From an uncultured delta proteobacterium (lineage in GTDB: Bacteria > Desulfobacterota > BSN033 > UBA1163), in the NCBI GenBank assembly GCA_963827685.1, contig CAWHBU010000002.1, forward strand, positions 1,184,001-1,248,000: 64,000 nucleotides of DNA, written 5' to 3'. Both the position numbers and the translations under genes were made by a program. A model generated the notes under the pieces. The model did not search any database and had not been told where the DNA came from. It was given only the letters and a program-made list of their open reading frames with translations. Shown here in pieces: positions 20,128 through 29,622 of this stretch. Each line of letters begins with the position of its first letter. The stretch's first letter is position 1.

Positions 20128-20307
20128 GAAAATCCCAAATCATAAATTCCCTGCCTACCGGCAGGCAGGCAAATCCCAAATAAGCTCCAAATTCCAATTT
20201 TAAAATGACCGAAACAACTTCATTTGGAATTTTGGTAATTGGAATTTATTTGGGATTTGGTGCTTGCCCTGCACCCTATTAGGTACAGGGCTTGGAATTT
20301 GGTGCTT
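20128..20307. repeat. Inverted 7 bp periodic array carrying two palindromic inserts
   Basis: AAATCCC/AAATTCC arm and TTGGAATTT arm. Inserts at 20150-20169 and 20268-20289. Confidence 0.8.
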
Positions 20308-20319
20308 TAGAAAGAATGT

Positions 20320-21552
20320 ATGGTAGAGGATCAACTCCAAACTAATCCTTACCGGAAGATACGTTCCACATCAGCCTATCGTCGCCTGATGACCGCTTAT
20401 TACTTTATCGTCATGCACCCAAACTGGTTTGGTAAGAAAGTGGCATGGATTACGAGTGGCGGCCCGGTAGAACCTCTCTATGCCATGGGAGTCCTCCCAT
20501 TTTATCCGGAAAATTACGGGGCGATGTGTGGAGCATCCCGGATGTCCGTATCCCTCTGCGAGGCCGCGGAGCATAAAGGATACTCCCACGATCTCTGCTC
20601 TTATGCACTCACAGATATTGGGTCTTCTCTTACGGGCAAAGGTCCTCTCGGCAGACTCCCTAAGCCGGATTTCTTAGTTTGTGGCAACAACATCTGCGGA
20701 ACGGTCATCAAATGGTATGAGCTTCAAGCCCGTGCTTTTAACGTGCCCGTCTTTTTCTTTGACACTCCCTTTATTCATGACGAGGTCGAAGAACATACCT
20801 TGAAATATGTTCAGGACCAGATGAAGGAATATATCTCTTTTCTCGAGAAACAACTCAAGCATCCGTTTTCAGAGAAACGTTTTCAAAAGGTCTGTTCCCG
20901 TTCTTTTGAGGCCGTCGCTTTGTGGAAAGAGATTCTTGACATGCCCTGCCACCATCCAGCGCCGTTGGCCGCCTTTGATGCTTTCATCCATATGGCTCCT
21001 GTCGTCACATTAAGGGGAACGCGCTGGGCAGTCCGGTATTATAGAAAACTCAAGAAAGAGATGGAACAAAGGGTGAAACAGGGAGTGGGAGCCTTCGCCC
21101 GCGAGGAAATACGGCTTATCTGGGATAACATTCCCATCTGGTACGATATTCGAAACCTTTCGAAGCTCCTCTCTTCTCAAGGAGCTGTTCTGGTCGCTGA
21201 TACCTATACTTCGGCCTGGGCTCTGGATCAACTTGCCCTGGCCCCACCTTTGATGAGTGGTTTGGCCAGGGCCTATGCCACCATCCATCTCAATCGCGGC
21301 TTAGAATACAGGGTACACAAAATAGCCAGCCTGATTGAAAAATACGGAGCCCATGGATTCATCATGCACTCCAATCGAAGCTGCAAGCCCTACTCCCTGG
21401 GTCAATACGATCTTAAAAGGGAAGTCACCCGGTTAACCGGAAGACCTGGCCTGATCATCGAGGCGGATCACACCGATTCCCGGAGTTATGCGCCCAAGCA
21501 GGTAGAAAAGCAGATTCAGATCTTTTTGGACATTATAAAAGGGAAGGGATAG
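20320..21552 (+). CDS. 2-hydroxyacyl-CoA dehydratase / benzoyl-CoA reductase family subunit (HgdA/BcrB-like)
   Basis: YPENYGAMC, DLCSY, NNICGTVIKWYE, NRSCKP. Confidence 0.88.
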   Translation: MVEDQLQTNPYRKIRSTSAYRRLMTAYYFIVMHPNWFGKKVAWITSGGPVEPLYAMGVLPFYPENYGAMCGASRMSVSLCEAAEHKGYSHDLCSYALTDIGSSLTGKGPLGRLPKPDFLVCGNNICGTVIKWYELQARAFNVPVFFFDTPFIHDEVEEHTLKYVQDQMKEYISFLEKQLKHPFSEKRFQKVCSRSFEAVALWKEILDMPCHHPAPLAAFDAFIHMAPVVTLRGTRWAVRYYRKLKKEMEQRVKQGVGAFAREEIRLIWDNIPIWYDIRNLSKLLSSQGAVLVADTYTSAWALDQLALAPPLMSGLARAYATIHLNRGLEYRVHKIASLIEKYGAHGFIMHSNRSCKPYSLGQYDLKREVTRLTGRPGLIIEADHTDSRSYAPKQVEKQIQIFLDIIKGKG

Positions 21553-21591
21553 GGAGTTATTTAGCTTTGTCGAGGAACAAAAGTTTCTATT

Positions 21592-21843
21592 TTAGACGTG
21601 GTAGTACTTTCTAAGTTTATTCCAACGCTCTCGAACTTCTTTTTCTTCTGCAGCCAGCGCTTTAGTCCACCCAAGTTCTTCCACTGAACTCATTAGTGCA
21701 ACCAATTGCCTAAACTTTTCAATCTCAGGAATGTTCCTTAACTCTTGTCTTTCAGTATGGTTTACAATTTTCCACCTTCTCCTAAAAGCCCTCGCCTCCA
21801 ATTTTGTGATCCTATTCTTCACGATTTCTATTTCCCCTGACAC
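21592..21843 (-). CDS. Small hypothetical protein
   Basis: 83 aa helical ORF, RW...ERQELR...KFRQL...EVRERW. Confidence 0.6.
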   Translation of the reverse strand: MSGEIEIVKNRITKLEARAFRRRWKIVNHTERQELRNIPEIEKFRQLVALMSSVEELGWTKALAAEEKEVRERWNKLRKYYHV

Positions 21844-21875
21844 ATTTTCTTTTTATATATCCGTTCATAATGAAA

Positions 21876-22922
21876 TCACTCCCCTTCTTTTCCCATCCTG
21901 AATTGGGACAAAGCATTCCAGGAGGGGCGAGGATTACCGTTTGCATCTGCCAATCCCATCGAACCAAAGTAAGGTTCCTTTCTATCATGAAGAAGCAGCC
22001 AATAGATTCTCTCTACACCGAATTCAAATGCTTGCTGATACGCCTCCGCAAGCCACTGAGCTTGTTTCTCATTGGAGCCATTATCCATACGACCACTTGT
22101 CACTGTCGGAACGCTCACAAATCCCGTTTCCGTGATCCAAACGGGGCGGTCCCCCAATCCTGATTTTTTCATTACATCCCGAATATGTTCTAAATAACTG
22201 CGAAAGGTAAGCCCGTTTGCAATGATTTCGCTCGGGAAATAGTAATTGTGAACACTGACCACATCAAAACTTTTAGTAGAAAGTATCGGTTGCAACCAAC
22301 TGTCGTGCCATTTCCACGCCTTCTGGCTTCCCGACCCCAATTCAAGACTACGAATAATGCCACACCCCATTGCGGACGGAAGCACTTTGGCTTTCGGGTC
22401 GGCCTTTTTAATCGCGTCATAACCAGCCTTCAACAGCTCTAAATATTCTTCCCGGGTCCCCTTCCAGAAAGCTGCCTCATTCACTTCGTTTTCAATTTCG
22501 TAATTGACCCCTTGCCCACGGTAGCGATTGGCAAGGATTTCCACAAAATGAACCCACTCCTTCCTATCCATCGATGGCGGGTTAATTTCAATAACACCCC
22601 TCCTGGGCCTACGTTTTTTTGTCTGCTCTCGAAAAGTGGTGCGTATGGTGAAAAGGACTTCGATTTGTTTTGTTTGAGCCGCTTTTAATAGCCGATCGAC
22701 GGCACTCCAATCATATTCGCCCGGGCGCATCTTTACAAACTGCCATTGTAAAGGGACACGAATGGTACCCACACCTAATTCTTGTATATATTTTATTTCC
22801 TCTCCGAAAGTACGCAACGTCGCATTTAATCCCAAACGCCTTGTCCCCTGCGAGTGGGCATTGAAAGCCAACATAAAGGATAATAGCATCATGCTAATGA
22901 ACAACACGCTCATTCTCACCAT
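21876..22922 (-). CDS. Exported clan GH-A glycoside hydrolase (GH5/GH39-like)
   Basis: Signal peptide, YDWSAVD, EIENEVN (acid/base), SVHNY, WITETG (nucleophile). ATG 22922 follows GGAGG. Confidence 0.85.
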   Translation of the reverse strand: MVRMSVLFISMMLLSFMLAFNAHSQGTRRLGLNATLRTFGEEIKYIQELGVGTIRVPLQWQFVKMRPGEYDWSAVDRLLKAAQTKQIEVLFTIRTTFREQTKKRRPRRGVIEINPPSMDRKEWVHFVEILANRYRGQGVNYEIENEVNEAAFWKGTREEYLELLKAGYDAIKKADPKAKVLPSAMGCGIIRSLELGSGSQKAWKWHDSWLQPILSTKSFDVVSVHNYYFPSEIIANGLTFRSYLEHIRDVMKKSGLGDRPVWITETGFVSVPTVTSGRMDNGSNEKQAQWLAEAYQQAFEFGVERIYWLLLHDRKEPYFGSMGLADANGNPRPSWNALSQFRMGKEGE

Positions 22923-23004
22923 CGTGGTTCCTCCTTTTTCCCTCTCAACTGTAGCCGCCACACCCTCCCCTGCCTACCGGCAGGCAGGCTCGTCCTCCCT
23001 CCTT

Positions 23005-23260
23005 GGAGACTGTGTCGAAAAAGTGACTACGCAAAAAGATGTATCCTTCATATTAGAGAATGCAAGATTGTTAGGGGACAGGCGGCTGGCTGAGGAAGCT
23101 TTAGAGCGAAACCTTTTGTCATGCAAATTCATACGCCTATACTTCGTGAAGACATCATCTCCGATGATAAGAATGATTGACCATATCTTTCAAAAATCCG
23201 CAATTCTAAAGCTTCCGAAGCTGGTCACCTGGCCCTCACTGCGATTACGACACAGTCTCC
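23005..23260. mobile_element. MITE with 13 bp perfect terminal inverted repeats
   Basis: GGAGACTGTGTCG ... CGACACAGTCTCC, no transposase, lying inside a C/G hairpin repeat. Confidence 0.75.
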
Positions 23261-23306
23261 TGAGGGGGAGCGTGGCGTGGGGGTATCATGAATTATTGCG
23301 TTGGTA

Positions 23307-23957
23307 TTAGTGAACAAATTCTAACACCTGATCCACAGGCTTTCTATCCCTCCGAGGCGACTCGTCAGGATATCCCACGGCAACCAGACAGATAAGATCC
23401 ATGTCCGAAGGGACTTTTAGGATGGCCTCAATTTCTTTTTTGGCTTGAATAGGCGACACCAGCCAGACAGCACCCAACCCCATACCATGAAATGTCAGAA
23501 GCATCGTTGTCACGGCAGCGGCTGCACTCTGGATCGCCGTAGGCGCCGATCTTCGAAATCCCAGGATCTCCTTAGCTTCGCGGTCGAAGGATTCTCGGGC
23601 AACCAATACCTTATCCATCGGACTTTGATACTCACCGGTAAAAACCCCAATGCAAGCCGGAGCGTTCCTGAAAAAGGAGGCGTTATTTTGATAACGTTTT
23701 ACATCTTCTTGCCAGGACATCGCCTCTGGCCAAGAAGCGATTTTATCCGCAACAGACTGGACGGCATTCGCCATTTTCTCAATAGTTTCTCTCTTCTTTA
23801 CAATGATGAAACGCCATCCTTGATAATTACCTCCATTGGGAGCCCATGTGGCCAACTCCACCGCCTTCTTGAGCAGCTCGTCCGGAATTTCCTGCTTTTT
23901 CCACTGTCGAATCGAACGCCTTCCCTTAATTAACTTTTCTAAACTCTCAATCTCCAT
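23307..23957 (-). CDS. Nitroreductase family protein
   Basis: RRSIRQW, WAPNGGNYQGW, GLGAVW, VAVGYP. Confidence 0.92.
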   Translation of the reverse strand: MEIESLEKLIKGRRSIRQWKKQEIPDELLKKAVELATWAPNGGNYQGWRFIIVKKRETIEKMANAVQSVADKIASWPEAMSWQEDVKRYQNNASFFRNAPACIGVFTGEYQSPMDKVLVARESFDREAKEILGFRRSAPTAIQSAAAAVTTMLLTFHGMGLGAVWLVSPIQAKKEIEAILKVPSDMDLICLVAVGYPDESPRRDRKPVDQVLEFVH

Positions 23958-24004
23958 TGATTTTCCCTCCCCGAACCGAGGTAAAGGTTCTTGAGCCTTG
24001 AAGA

Positions 24005-24940
24005 TTAAACTTTTTCCAATTTCTCTTTGATCACCCGCTTAAATGCCTCAACCACTTCGGGATCAAACTGTTTGCCCGCTTTATTGACAATCTCCTCCAC
24101 TGCCTCCCAGGGCGGCATCCCCTTTCGATACGGACGGTCGGTTGTCATCGCATCAAAGGCATCGGCAACGGCAAGGACACGGGAACCCAAAGGAATCTTA
24201 GCCAGTTCCTCTCGACCTCCATCGATTGTTCTCATGAAATATTTATGGTGGGATATTACGATAGGCACGACTTCCTTCAGGACTGACCCTACAGCAGTCA
24301 GAATGTAGGCGCCTCTAACAGTGTGTTCGTCCAGCAACTCTTTCTCTTCTGAGCTTAATTCAGCCGCTTTGCGAAGAATCTCGCCACTAACCTCTATCTT
24401 TCCAATATCGTGAAGCAACCCTCCCACACGGATATTTTCAACCTCACCCCGGTGTAGCCCCATGGCAACCGCAATCTCCATAGCCAATTCTGAAACCCTT
24501 ACAGAATGCCCTTTCGTGTAACGATCGGTCGATTCGAGATATTTTGAAAGGATCTCGAGGATGCCGATATAGGCACTTCTTAAATCCTGCAAACGGCGTT
24601 CATTCTGCTCGTATAGCGTTCCCACGGCAACGCTCGCGAGGATAAGAAATCCACCCCAGGACATTAACTGGATAAGGTTGTTAACAAACTCCTGCTTTCC
24701 TAAAAACGACTGGGGAAAAAGCAAAGCGGAGATGACCACGACCAGAATGGAAAAGACAGCCGTGAGAAGACCCATGCGCCGCCCTAGAAAGTAGCCTGCG
24801 GTCAGCACGGGGAGGTAATAAAAATTGAGGATAATGAACTTTTCTTCAACAAAATAAGTTCCCATAAATGCAGCCAGAAGGATGATGACTACCATAATTC
24901 TTTCAAAATGTTGCTGAACAAATTGCTTAAAGCGTTCCAT
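24005..24940 (-). CDS. Membrane HD-GYP-like phosphohydrolase
   Basis: Four TM segments, YTKGHSVRV, LLHDIGK, VADAFDAMTTDRPYR, QFDP. Confidence 0.88.
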   Translation of the reverse strand: MERFKQFVQQHFERIMVVIILLAAFMGTYFVEEKFIILNFYYLPVLTAGYFLGRRMGLLTAVFSILVVVISALLFPQSFLGKQEFVNNLIQLMSWGGFLILASVAVGTLYEQNERRLQDLRSAYIGILEILSKYLESTDRYTKGHSVRVSELAMEIAVAMGLHRGEVENIRVGGLLHDIGKIEVSGEILRKAAELSSEEKELLDEHTVRGAYILTAVGSVLKEVVPIVISHHKYFMRTIDGGREELAKIPLGSRVLAVADAFDAMTTDRPYRKGMPPWEAVEEIVNKAGKQFDPEVVEAFKRVIKEKLEKV

Positions 24941-25134
24941 AATGCCTCCGTGCGATTAGTATTCACTGCCAGGCGGGCATACAACCCTAAAAAACACTTT
25001 CATTCGGTGAAGACACCAGAATGAGCAAGAGAAAACATTCTTATTCTATAAAATTTAATGGGATAGAACAAGAGAAAATTGAATTCGGAAGAATGGAAGA
25101 TCAAAGACCAGAGAAGGATAAAATAATAACCAAT

Positions 25135-26148
25135 TCAAAATCTCTGAGCGTAGCGGTGAGCAAGGCTGAAATATTTTTGGGCCCTTTTGAGAGCTTGTGT
25201 CTTTTCTCTGTCCGGTATATTCAGATCGTCCAACCGGAAGCTTTCCACCTTCCCGCGGACATAGGATCGGTAACACTTGTAGAAATCCAATACCTCCACT
25301 AATTCATGGTCTCCCGACTCCCCGATAAAGGCGCGGATGAGATGTTCGCTGAGATCCTGCCTGTCGTGATAATCGAGATCCATGGCTAAGAAGGCGATGT
25401 CCGCCGCCATATCCGTATAACGGAACCGCTCATTAAATTCTATGCAATCGAAAATAGAGATCTCATCTCCATAGAAGATATGTTCCAGCCGAAGGTCTCC
25501 ATGGCAGTCTCGAATTCGATCGGAGGCAATCCTTTGATAAAATATTTCTTTCTTTGCCTTAAAGAATTCGTTAGTCCTATTTCTCACCTCTTCGTAGACT
25601 TCTCTGGGAATCGTCACGTCAATATATTTTTCTGTCTGTTCGAAATTCTCATCCGTATCCTGCTTCACCCGCTCTGGCTTGGCAAAGCCTTTGATGAGAT
25701 CATTGGTCTCGGCATTGAAATAGAATTTTACTAATTTTTCTGAAACGGCCTCAATCATTTTGGGAGTGACCTGTTTCCTCTTAAGCAGTTTGTCCATCAG
25801 AAATTCTTCGGGAATCTGTTTCATCTTGACCGCATACTCCACCAACTCTCCCTCACCGTCCAAGAAAATCCGATTACCTTCACGGGTAATCTTCACCACA
25901 CCCAGATAAATATCCGGGGATAGCCGTCGATTCAACCTGACTTCTTCTTCACAAAATAATTTTCTCTTTTCGAGAGAGGTAAAATCCAAGAAGCCAAAAT
26001 CCACGGGCTTCTTCACCTTATAAACATGTTTTCCAGTTAAGAAAAGAAGGGAGATATGGGTCTCGATAAATTTTATGACCCGGGGATGGTCGGGATAAAT
26101 CTCCGGATGAAGCAGTGCCTTCTGGAGGGAAGCGATGTCAAGAGTCAT
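25135..26148 (-). CDS. Aminoglycoside-phosphotransferase-like kinase (N-terminal half of Rv2004c-type proteins)
   Basis: ETHIS, YKVKKPVDFGFLDF, CHGDLRLEHI, FDCIEFN, YKCYR. Confidence 0.85.
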   Translation of the reverse strand: MTLDIASLQKALLHPEIYPDHPRVIKFIETHISLLFLTGKHVYKVKKPVDFGFLDFTSLEKRKLFCEEEVRLNRRLSPDIYLGVVKITREGNRIFLDGEGELVEYAVKMKQIPEEFLMDKLLKRKQVTPKMIEAVSEKLVKFYFNAETNDLIKGFAKPERVKQDTDENFEQTEKYIDVTIPREVYEEVRNRTNEFFKAKKEIFYQRIASDRIRDCHGDLRLEHIFYGDEISIFDCIEFNERFRYTDMAADIAFLAMDLDYHDRQDLSEHLIRAFIGESGDHELVEVLDFYKCYRSYVRGKVESFRLDDLNIPDREKTQALKRAQKYFSLAHRYAQRF

Positions 26149-26750
26149 CTTTTTTCGATTTTTTTAATCTTCCAATCTGGAGGGGTATCATGTTCCGTGT
26201 CGATCGTGAGGTAAATGATTGGAAGCGTCTTAAACCTCTTTTTTAAATCTGCCGTATCAATGGGCTGAAACAGGGCTTTATTGTTTAAGTAAGCCTCCTT
26301 GGTTAACGCGTTCGACTCATAATTTTCTTTTGTCCTCTTCGAAATCCGCTCCATGGACTTCTCCTCCGTGCAGACACATTCTGCAACGACAAAAGCCCGA
26401 TGGGCCTTCTCAGCCAACTCAGCGGCCCTTGATCTCAAATCCTGAGTGAAAAAAGTGGCATCTAAAATCAGCCCGTCATGAGCTGTCTTCAACGTATTCT
26501 CTGCCCGCCGAAACATCTCTTCATAAACCTTCTTTCTCCTATCCGGGTCTGAAGCCACCTTAGTGTCGAAGATATCCTCACCCTTTAGAACCTCGAGCCG
26601 GATCATATCGGATCGAAGAATCTGAAATCCTTTCAATCTTGCGATTTCCTCTGTCACCGGACTCTTCCAACTTCCCGGAAGTCCCATAGAGATGAGGACA
26701 CTCCGGTCAGGGACTTCTGACTTGACAACCTCTGAGAAGCTTCTCTCCAT
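26145..26750 (-). CDS. AAA_33-type P-loop kinase
   Basis: GLPGSWKS (deviant Walker A), RSDMIR, ILDATF. Confidence 0.8.
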   Translation of the reverse strand: MERSFSEVVKSEVPDRSVLISMGLPGSWKSPVTEEIARLKGFQILRSDMIRLEVLKGEDIFDTKVASDPDRRKKVYEEMFRRAENTLKTAHDGLILDATFFTQDLRSRAAELAEKAHRAFVVAECVCTEEKSMERISKRTKENYESNALTKEAYLNNKALFQPIDTADLKKRFKTLPIIYLTIDTEHDTPPDWKIKKIEKR

Positions 26751-26812
26751 TTAAACCTCCTTGTATCGTGCTTCGTGTCCGTTATCCGTGCCCGTTTTTT
26801 AGATTCATTCTA

Positions 26813-27793
26813 TCACATTTTTAGGGCTTCCAAAACAGCATCATGCAAAATTCCATTACTCACCAAGATACCGTGGTTCTCTACCATCTTGATCCCGCAT
26901 GAAAAATCTAACGGGCGTCCCAAAACATCTGTCACCTTTCCCCCAGCCTCTTCAGCGACAATCGACCCGGCAGCATGGTCCCAAATGTTTTCCTTATACC
27001 CTGGCTCAGCAGTTGAGGGAACTCTCAAATAGAGGGTGACTTCCCCTCTTGCTAAGATCCCATATTTTGCCTGGCTATCCATTCTGAGGGAGGGCTTTAA
27101 AATATTCAATTTTTCTGCAAGACGTTGATGAGTAAGATGATCGGCGTGGTCGGGCTCCACGCTCTCAGTGATGATCGCCTCGGAGGGATCTGCCGCCTTG
27201 GAAACGGAGATCGTCCGTTGGTTACCGCCGTGACGATCCATCTGGACTGAACCCTTTCCCTTCAACGCAACAAAAAGACAGCCTTTTCCTCCGGAAGGCT
27301 GCTTGACATCCGAATAGAGGTTAGGACAGGCTAAAATGCCTAATTTCACCACGCCATTTTCGATAAGGGCTAAGGCAATCGCATATTGATCTCCTCTGAG
27401 AAATCCCTTCGTTCCGTCAATCGGGTCTAAAGTCCAAAAACGATCGGTAATAGAATCGGAACTGAAATCAATCCAGGAACAGACTTCTTTTGAAGAGGAT
27501 GTCCGAACGAAAGCATTGACATAGTGGGTCACCTGCTCAAGGAGGTTTGAACGATCCGCTCTCCTTAATTCTTCAGAATCTTCCTCTGCGACAATCGTAT
27601 CGTTAGGAAATCTTTCTCTGATCAGTTTACAAATAATCGCCTGAGACCCATAATCTGCAATGGTAACAGGGCTTCTGTCACTTTTTAGAATGGACCCCGT
27701 ATCTACAAGGTCCATCCTTATTTTTTGGCAGAGTGCCGAGGCTTTGATGGCCGCTTGGATGGCTGTCACTACTTCAGGAGAATTTCGATCCAT
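26813..27793 (-). CDS. 3'(2'),5'-bisphosphate nucleotidase (HAL2-like PAP phosphatase)
   Basis: KSDRSPVTIADYGSQA, DPIDGTKGFLRG, DSQAKY, WDHAAG. Start moved to ATG 27793. Confidence 0.92.
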   Translation of the reverse strand: MDRNSPEVVTAIQAAIKASALCQKIRMDLVDTGSILKSDRSPVTIADYGSQAIICKLIRERFPNDTIVAEEDSEELRRADRSNLLEQVTHYVNAFVRTSSSKEVCSWIDFSSDSITDRFWTLDPIDGTKGFLRGDQYAIALALIENGVVKLGILACPNLYSDVKQPSGGKGCLFVALKGKGSVQMDRHGGNQRTISVSKAADPSEAIITESVEPDHADHLTHQRLAEKLNILKPSLRMDSQAKYGILARGEVTLYLRVPSTAEPGYKENIWDHAAGSIVAEEAGGKVTDVLGRPLDFSCGIKMVENHGILVSNGILHDAVLEALKM

Positions 27794-27807
27794 ATCCGTA
27801 ACTACTT

Positions 27808-28017
27808 CGTAAATTCGAAATCCTAATCTCGGGCGAAGCGTCCGTCTCGGACCAACTCGAAACAAACCCCAGATCGTAATGATCAAATTTCCAAACGAAC
27901 CTCATTCTTTGTTTCTAAAATTTCATATTTCGGTCATTTGAATTTGTTTCGCCTGCCTACCCGGCGTCCCGCGCTTGCGGGACGAACGCAGGGATTTCGT
28001 GCTTAGAATTCGGGATT
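27808..28017. repeat. Inverted 7 bp periodic array with a 41 bp nested palindrome
   Basis: AAATTCGAAATCC...TTGAATTTGTTTCG[insert 27952-27992]GATTTCGTGCTTAG. Confidence 0.75.
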
Positions 28018-28024
28018 AAAAATA

Positions 28025-28057
28025 GCAGGAGGAGGGGTATTTTCACCTCTCCTCCTG
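28025..28057 (-). terminator. Hairpin downstream of the tRNA
   Basis: CAGGAGGAGGGGT-ATTTTC-ACCTCTCCTCCTG stem, followed by TATTTTT on the minus strand. Confidence 0.6.
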
Positions 28058-28069
28058 TGATGCGTCTCA

Positions 28070-28155
28070 TGGTGCCGAAGGGGGGATTTGAACCCCCACG
28101 GGGATTACCCACCACCCCCTCAAGATGGCGTGTCTACCAATTCCACCACTTCGGC
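28070..28155 (-). tRNA. tRNA-Leu(GAG)
   Basis: GCCGAAGTGGTGGAATTGGTAGACACG...CTTGAGGG...GGTTCAAATCC...CTTCGGCACCA. Long variable arm, encoded CCA, usual position after secG. Confidence 0.97.
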
Positions 28156-28179
28156 AAAATGGAGATAACTCCTCAACCT

Positions 28180-28506
28180 CTACTTCTTTGGTTCAGGTGC
28201 AGGCGTCTGAGGCCCAACCGGCATTTCTGATGGCGCTGCAGGAGCCGTCGGGGCCGGTCTTTCCTTCATGATCGTGGAGGCCTTTCGGGTTGAGCTAAAG
28301 GCTAAGTAAAGTGAAGTGATCATAAAGACCACGGCAACCCCTGTGGTCAATTTTGAAAGAAATCCCATCGCACCCGCACTTCCAAAAATGGTCTGACTCG
28401 CCCCTCCAAACGCTGCCCCCATCTCTGCGCCCTTCCCCGCCTGAAGAAGAACGATTAAGATGAGCGCAAAACAAGCTAAAACGTGCAACACTGCAATGAT
28501 TGCCAT
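28180..28506 (-). CDS. secG: Preprotein translocase subunit SecG
   Basis: LILIVLLQAGKGAEMGAAFGG...FLSKLT. Likely start ATG 28506; the ORF extension upstream is repeat DNA. Confidence 0.95.
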   Translation of the reverse strand: MAIIAVLHVLACFALILIVLLQAGKGAEMGAAFGGASQTIFGSAGAMGFLSKLTTGVAVVFMITSLYLAFSSTRKASTIMKERPAPTAPAAPSEMPVGPQTPAPEPKK

Positions 28507-28547
28507 GGATTCGTAACTCCTCTGCTTTTTATGATTTCTATGGACAA

Positions 28548-28705
28548 CGACAAAATTCCAATACCCAAACTCCAAGCTCCAAACAAATCCCAATTTCCAA
28601 TGTCGAAATTACAAAAAACAACAAATTACACACATCCCTTACTCACCAAAAATTTGGTTATTGGTTATTGGAATTTATTTGGGATTTGGTGCTTGGTGTC
28701 TGAAA
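28548..28705. repeat. Inverted 7 bp periodic array
   Basis: AAATTCCAATACCCAAACTCCAAGCTCCAAACAAATCCC...TTGGAATTTATTTGGGATTTGGTGCTTGG, same family as 6398 and 20128. Confidence 0.8.
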
Positions 28706-28724
28706 TTTGCTGTATCATTATATA

Positions 28725-29489
28725 TCACAATTCCTTAAATCTGACAATCTTTGAGAAGGACTCGGCCTTCAGACTCGCCCCTCCTACCAACGCCCCATCG
28801 ATATTCGGCTGGTTCATCAGTCCCTTGATATTTTCTGGGGTCACGCTCCCGCCGTACTGGATCCGGATTTCCTCCGAGATCTCTCGTGAATAAAGCTTTT
28901 CCAATTTTCCCCTGATGAACCGATGCACGTCTTCAGCCTGTTCTGGAGTGGCTGTCTTCCCTGTTCCGATGGCCCAGACGGGTTCGTAGGCGATCACAAT
29001 ATTTCTCATTTCCTTATCGCCCAATCCTTTCGATCCACCTTCTATCTGCCTCTCGATCACCAAAAACGTCTTCCCGCCTTCCCTTTCCGTTAACGTCTCA
29101 CCCATGCAGAAGATCACCTTCAAGCCCTGAGCCAGTGCTGCCTTGATTCTTCGATTCACCGTCTCGTCTGTCTCTCCGAAATACTGCCGTCTTTCAGAGT
29201 GACCGATGATGACATAGTGACAGCCCACTTCCTTGAGCATGAGAGGAGAAACCTCACCGGTGAAGGCACCCTTTTCCTCCCAGTAAAGATTCTGAGCGGC
29301 GATACGAATGGAAGAACCTTCAATCTCCTTATGGACAGCATAGAGTGCCGTAAAAGGAGGAGCAACCGCCACTTCCACTTTCCCTTCAACTCCTGAAATG
29401 GCTGCCTTCAGCTCCCTGACGAGACCGAGAGCTTCCCCAACCGTTTTATTCATCTTCCAATTTCCCGCGATGAAGGGTAATCTCTCCAT
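28725..29489 (-). CDS. tpiA: Triosephosphate isomerase
   Basis: AGNWKMN, GHSERR, AYEPVWAIGTG, YGGSV, LVGGASL. Confidence 0.99.
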   Translation of the reverse strand: MERLPFIAGNWKMNKTVGEALGLVRELKAAISGVEGKVEVAVAPPFTALYAVHKEIEGSSIRIAAQNLYWEEKGAFTGEVSPLMLKEVGCHYVIIGHSERRQYFGETDETVNRRIKAALAQGLKVIFCMGETLTEREGGKTFLVIERQIEGGSKGLGDKEMRNIVIAYEPVWAIGTGKTATPEQAEDVHRFIRGKLEKLYSREISEEIRIQYGGSVTPENIKGLMNQPNIDGALVGGASLKAESFSKIVRFKEL

Positions 29490-29531
29490 TATTACCTCCT
29501 CAAGGAGATTTCTGAAAAAGTCCAGAAATCT

Positions 29532-29610
29532 CTGATTACACCGATTAGGGACGGATTACACAGACTGAGAAACAGAATCTGTGGAATCATCTTTCAAAAT
29601 CTGTGTAATC
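29532..29610. repeat. GATTACAC / GTGTAATC inverted repeats
   Basis: CTGATTACACCGATT..GGATTACACAGA...AATCTGTGGAATC..AATCTGTGTAATC. Confidence 0.7.
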
Positions 29611-29622
29611 AAGAAAGGCTTT

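Noticed and set aside
22762-23310. 182 aa plus-strand ORF, and similar ORFs at 49185-49748, 28483-28893 and 1193-1738
   Set aside because: These are antisense or repeat/MITE-spanning shadow frames with no recognisable motifs; peptides such as PAYRQAG are translations of the palindrome.
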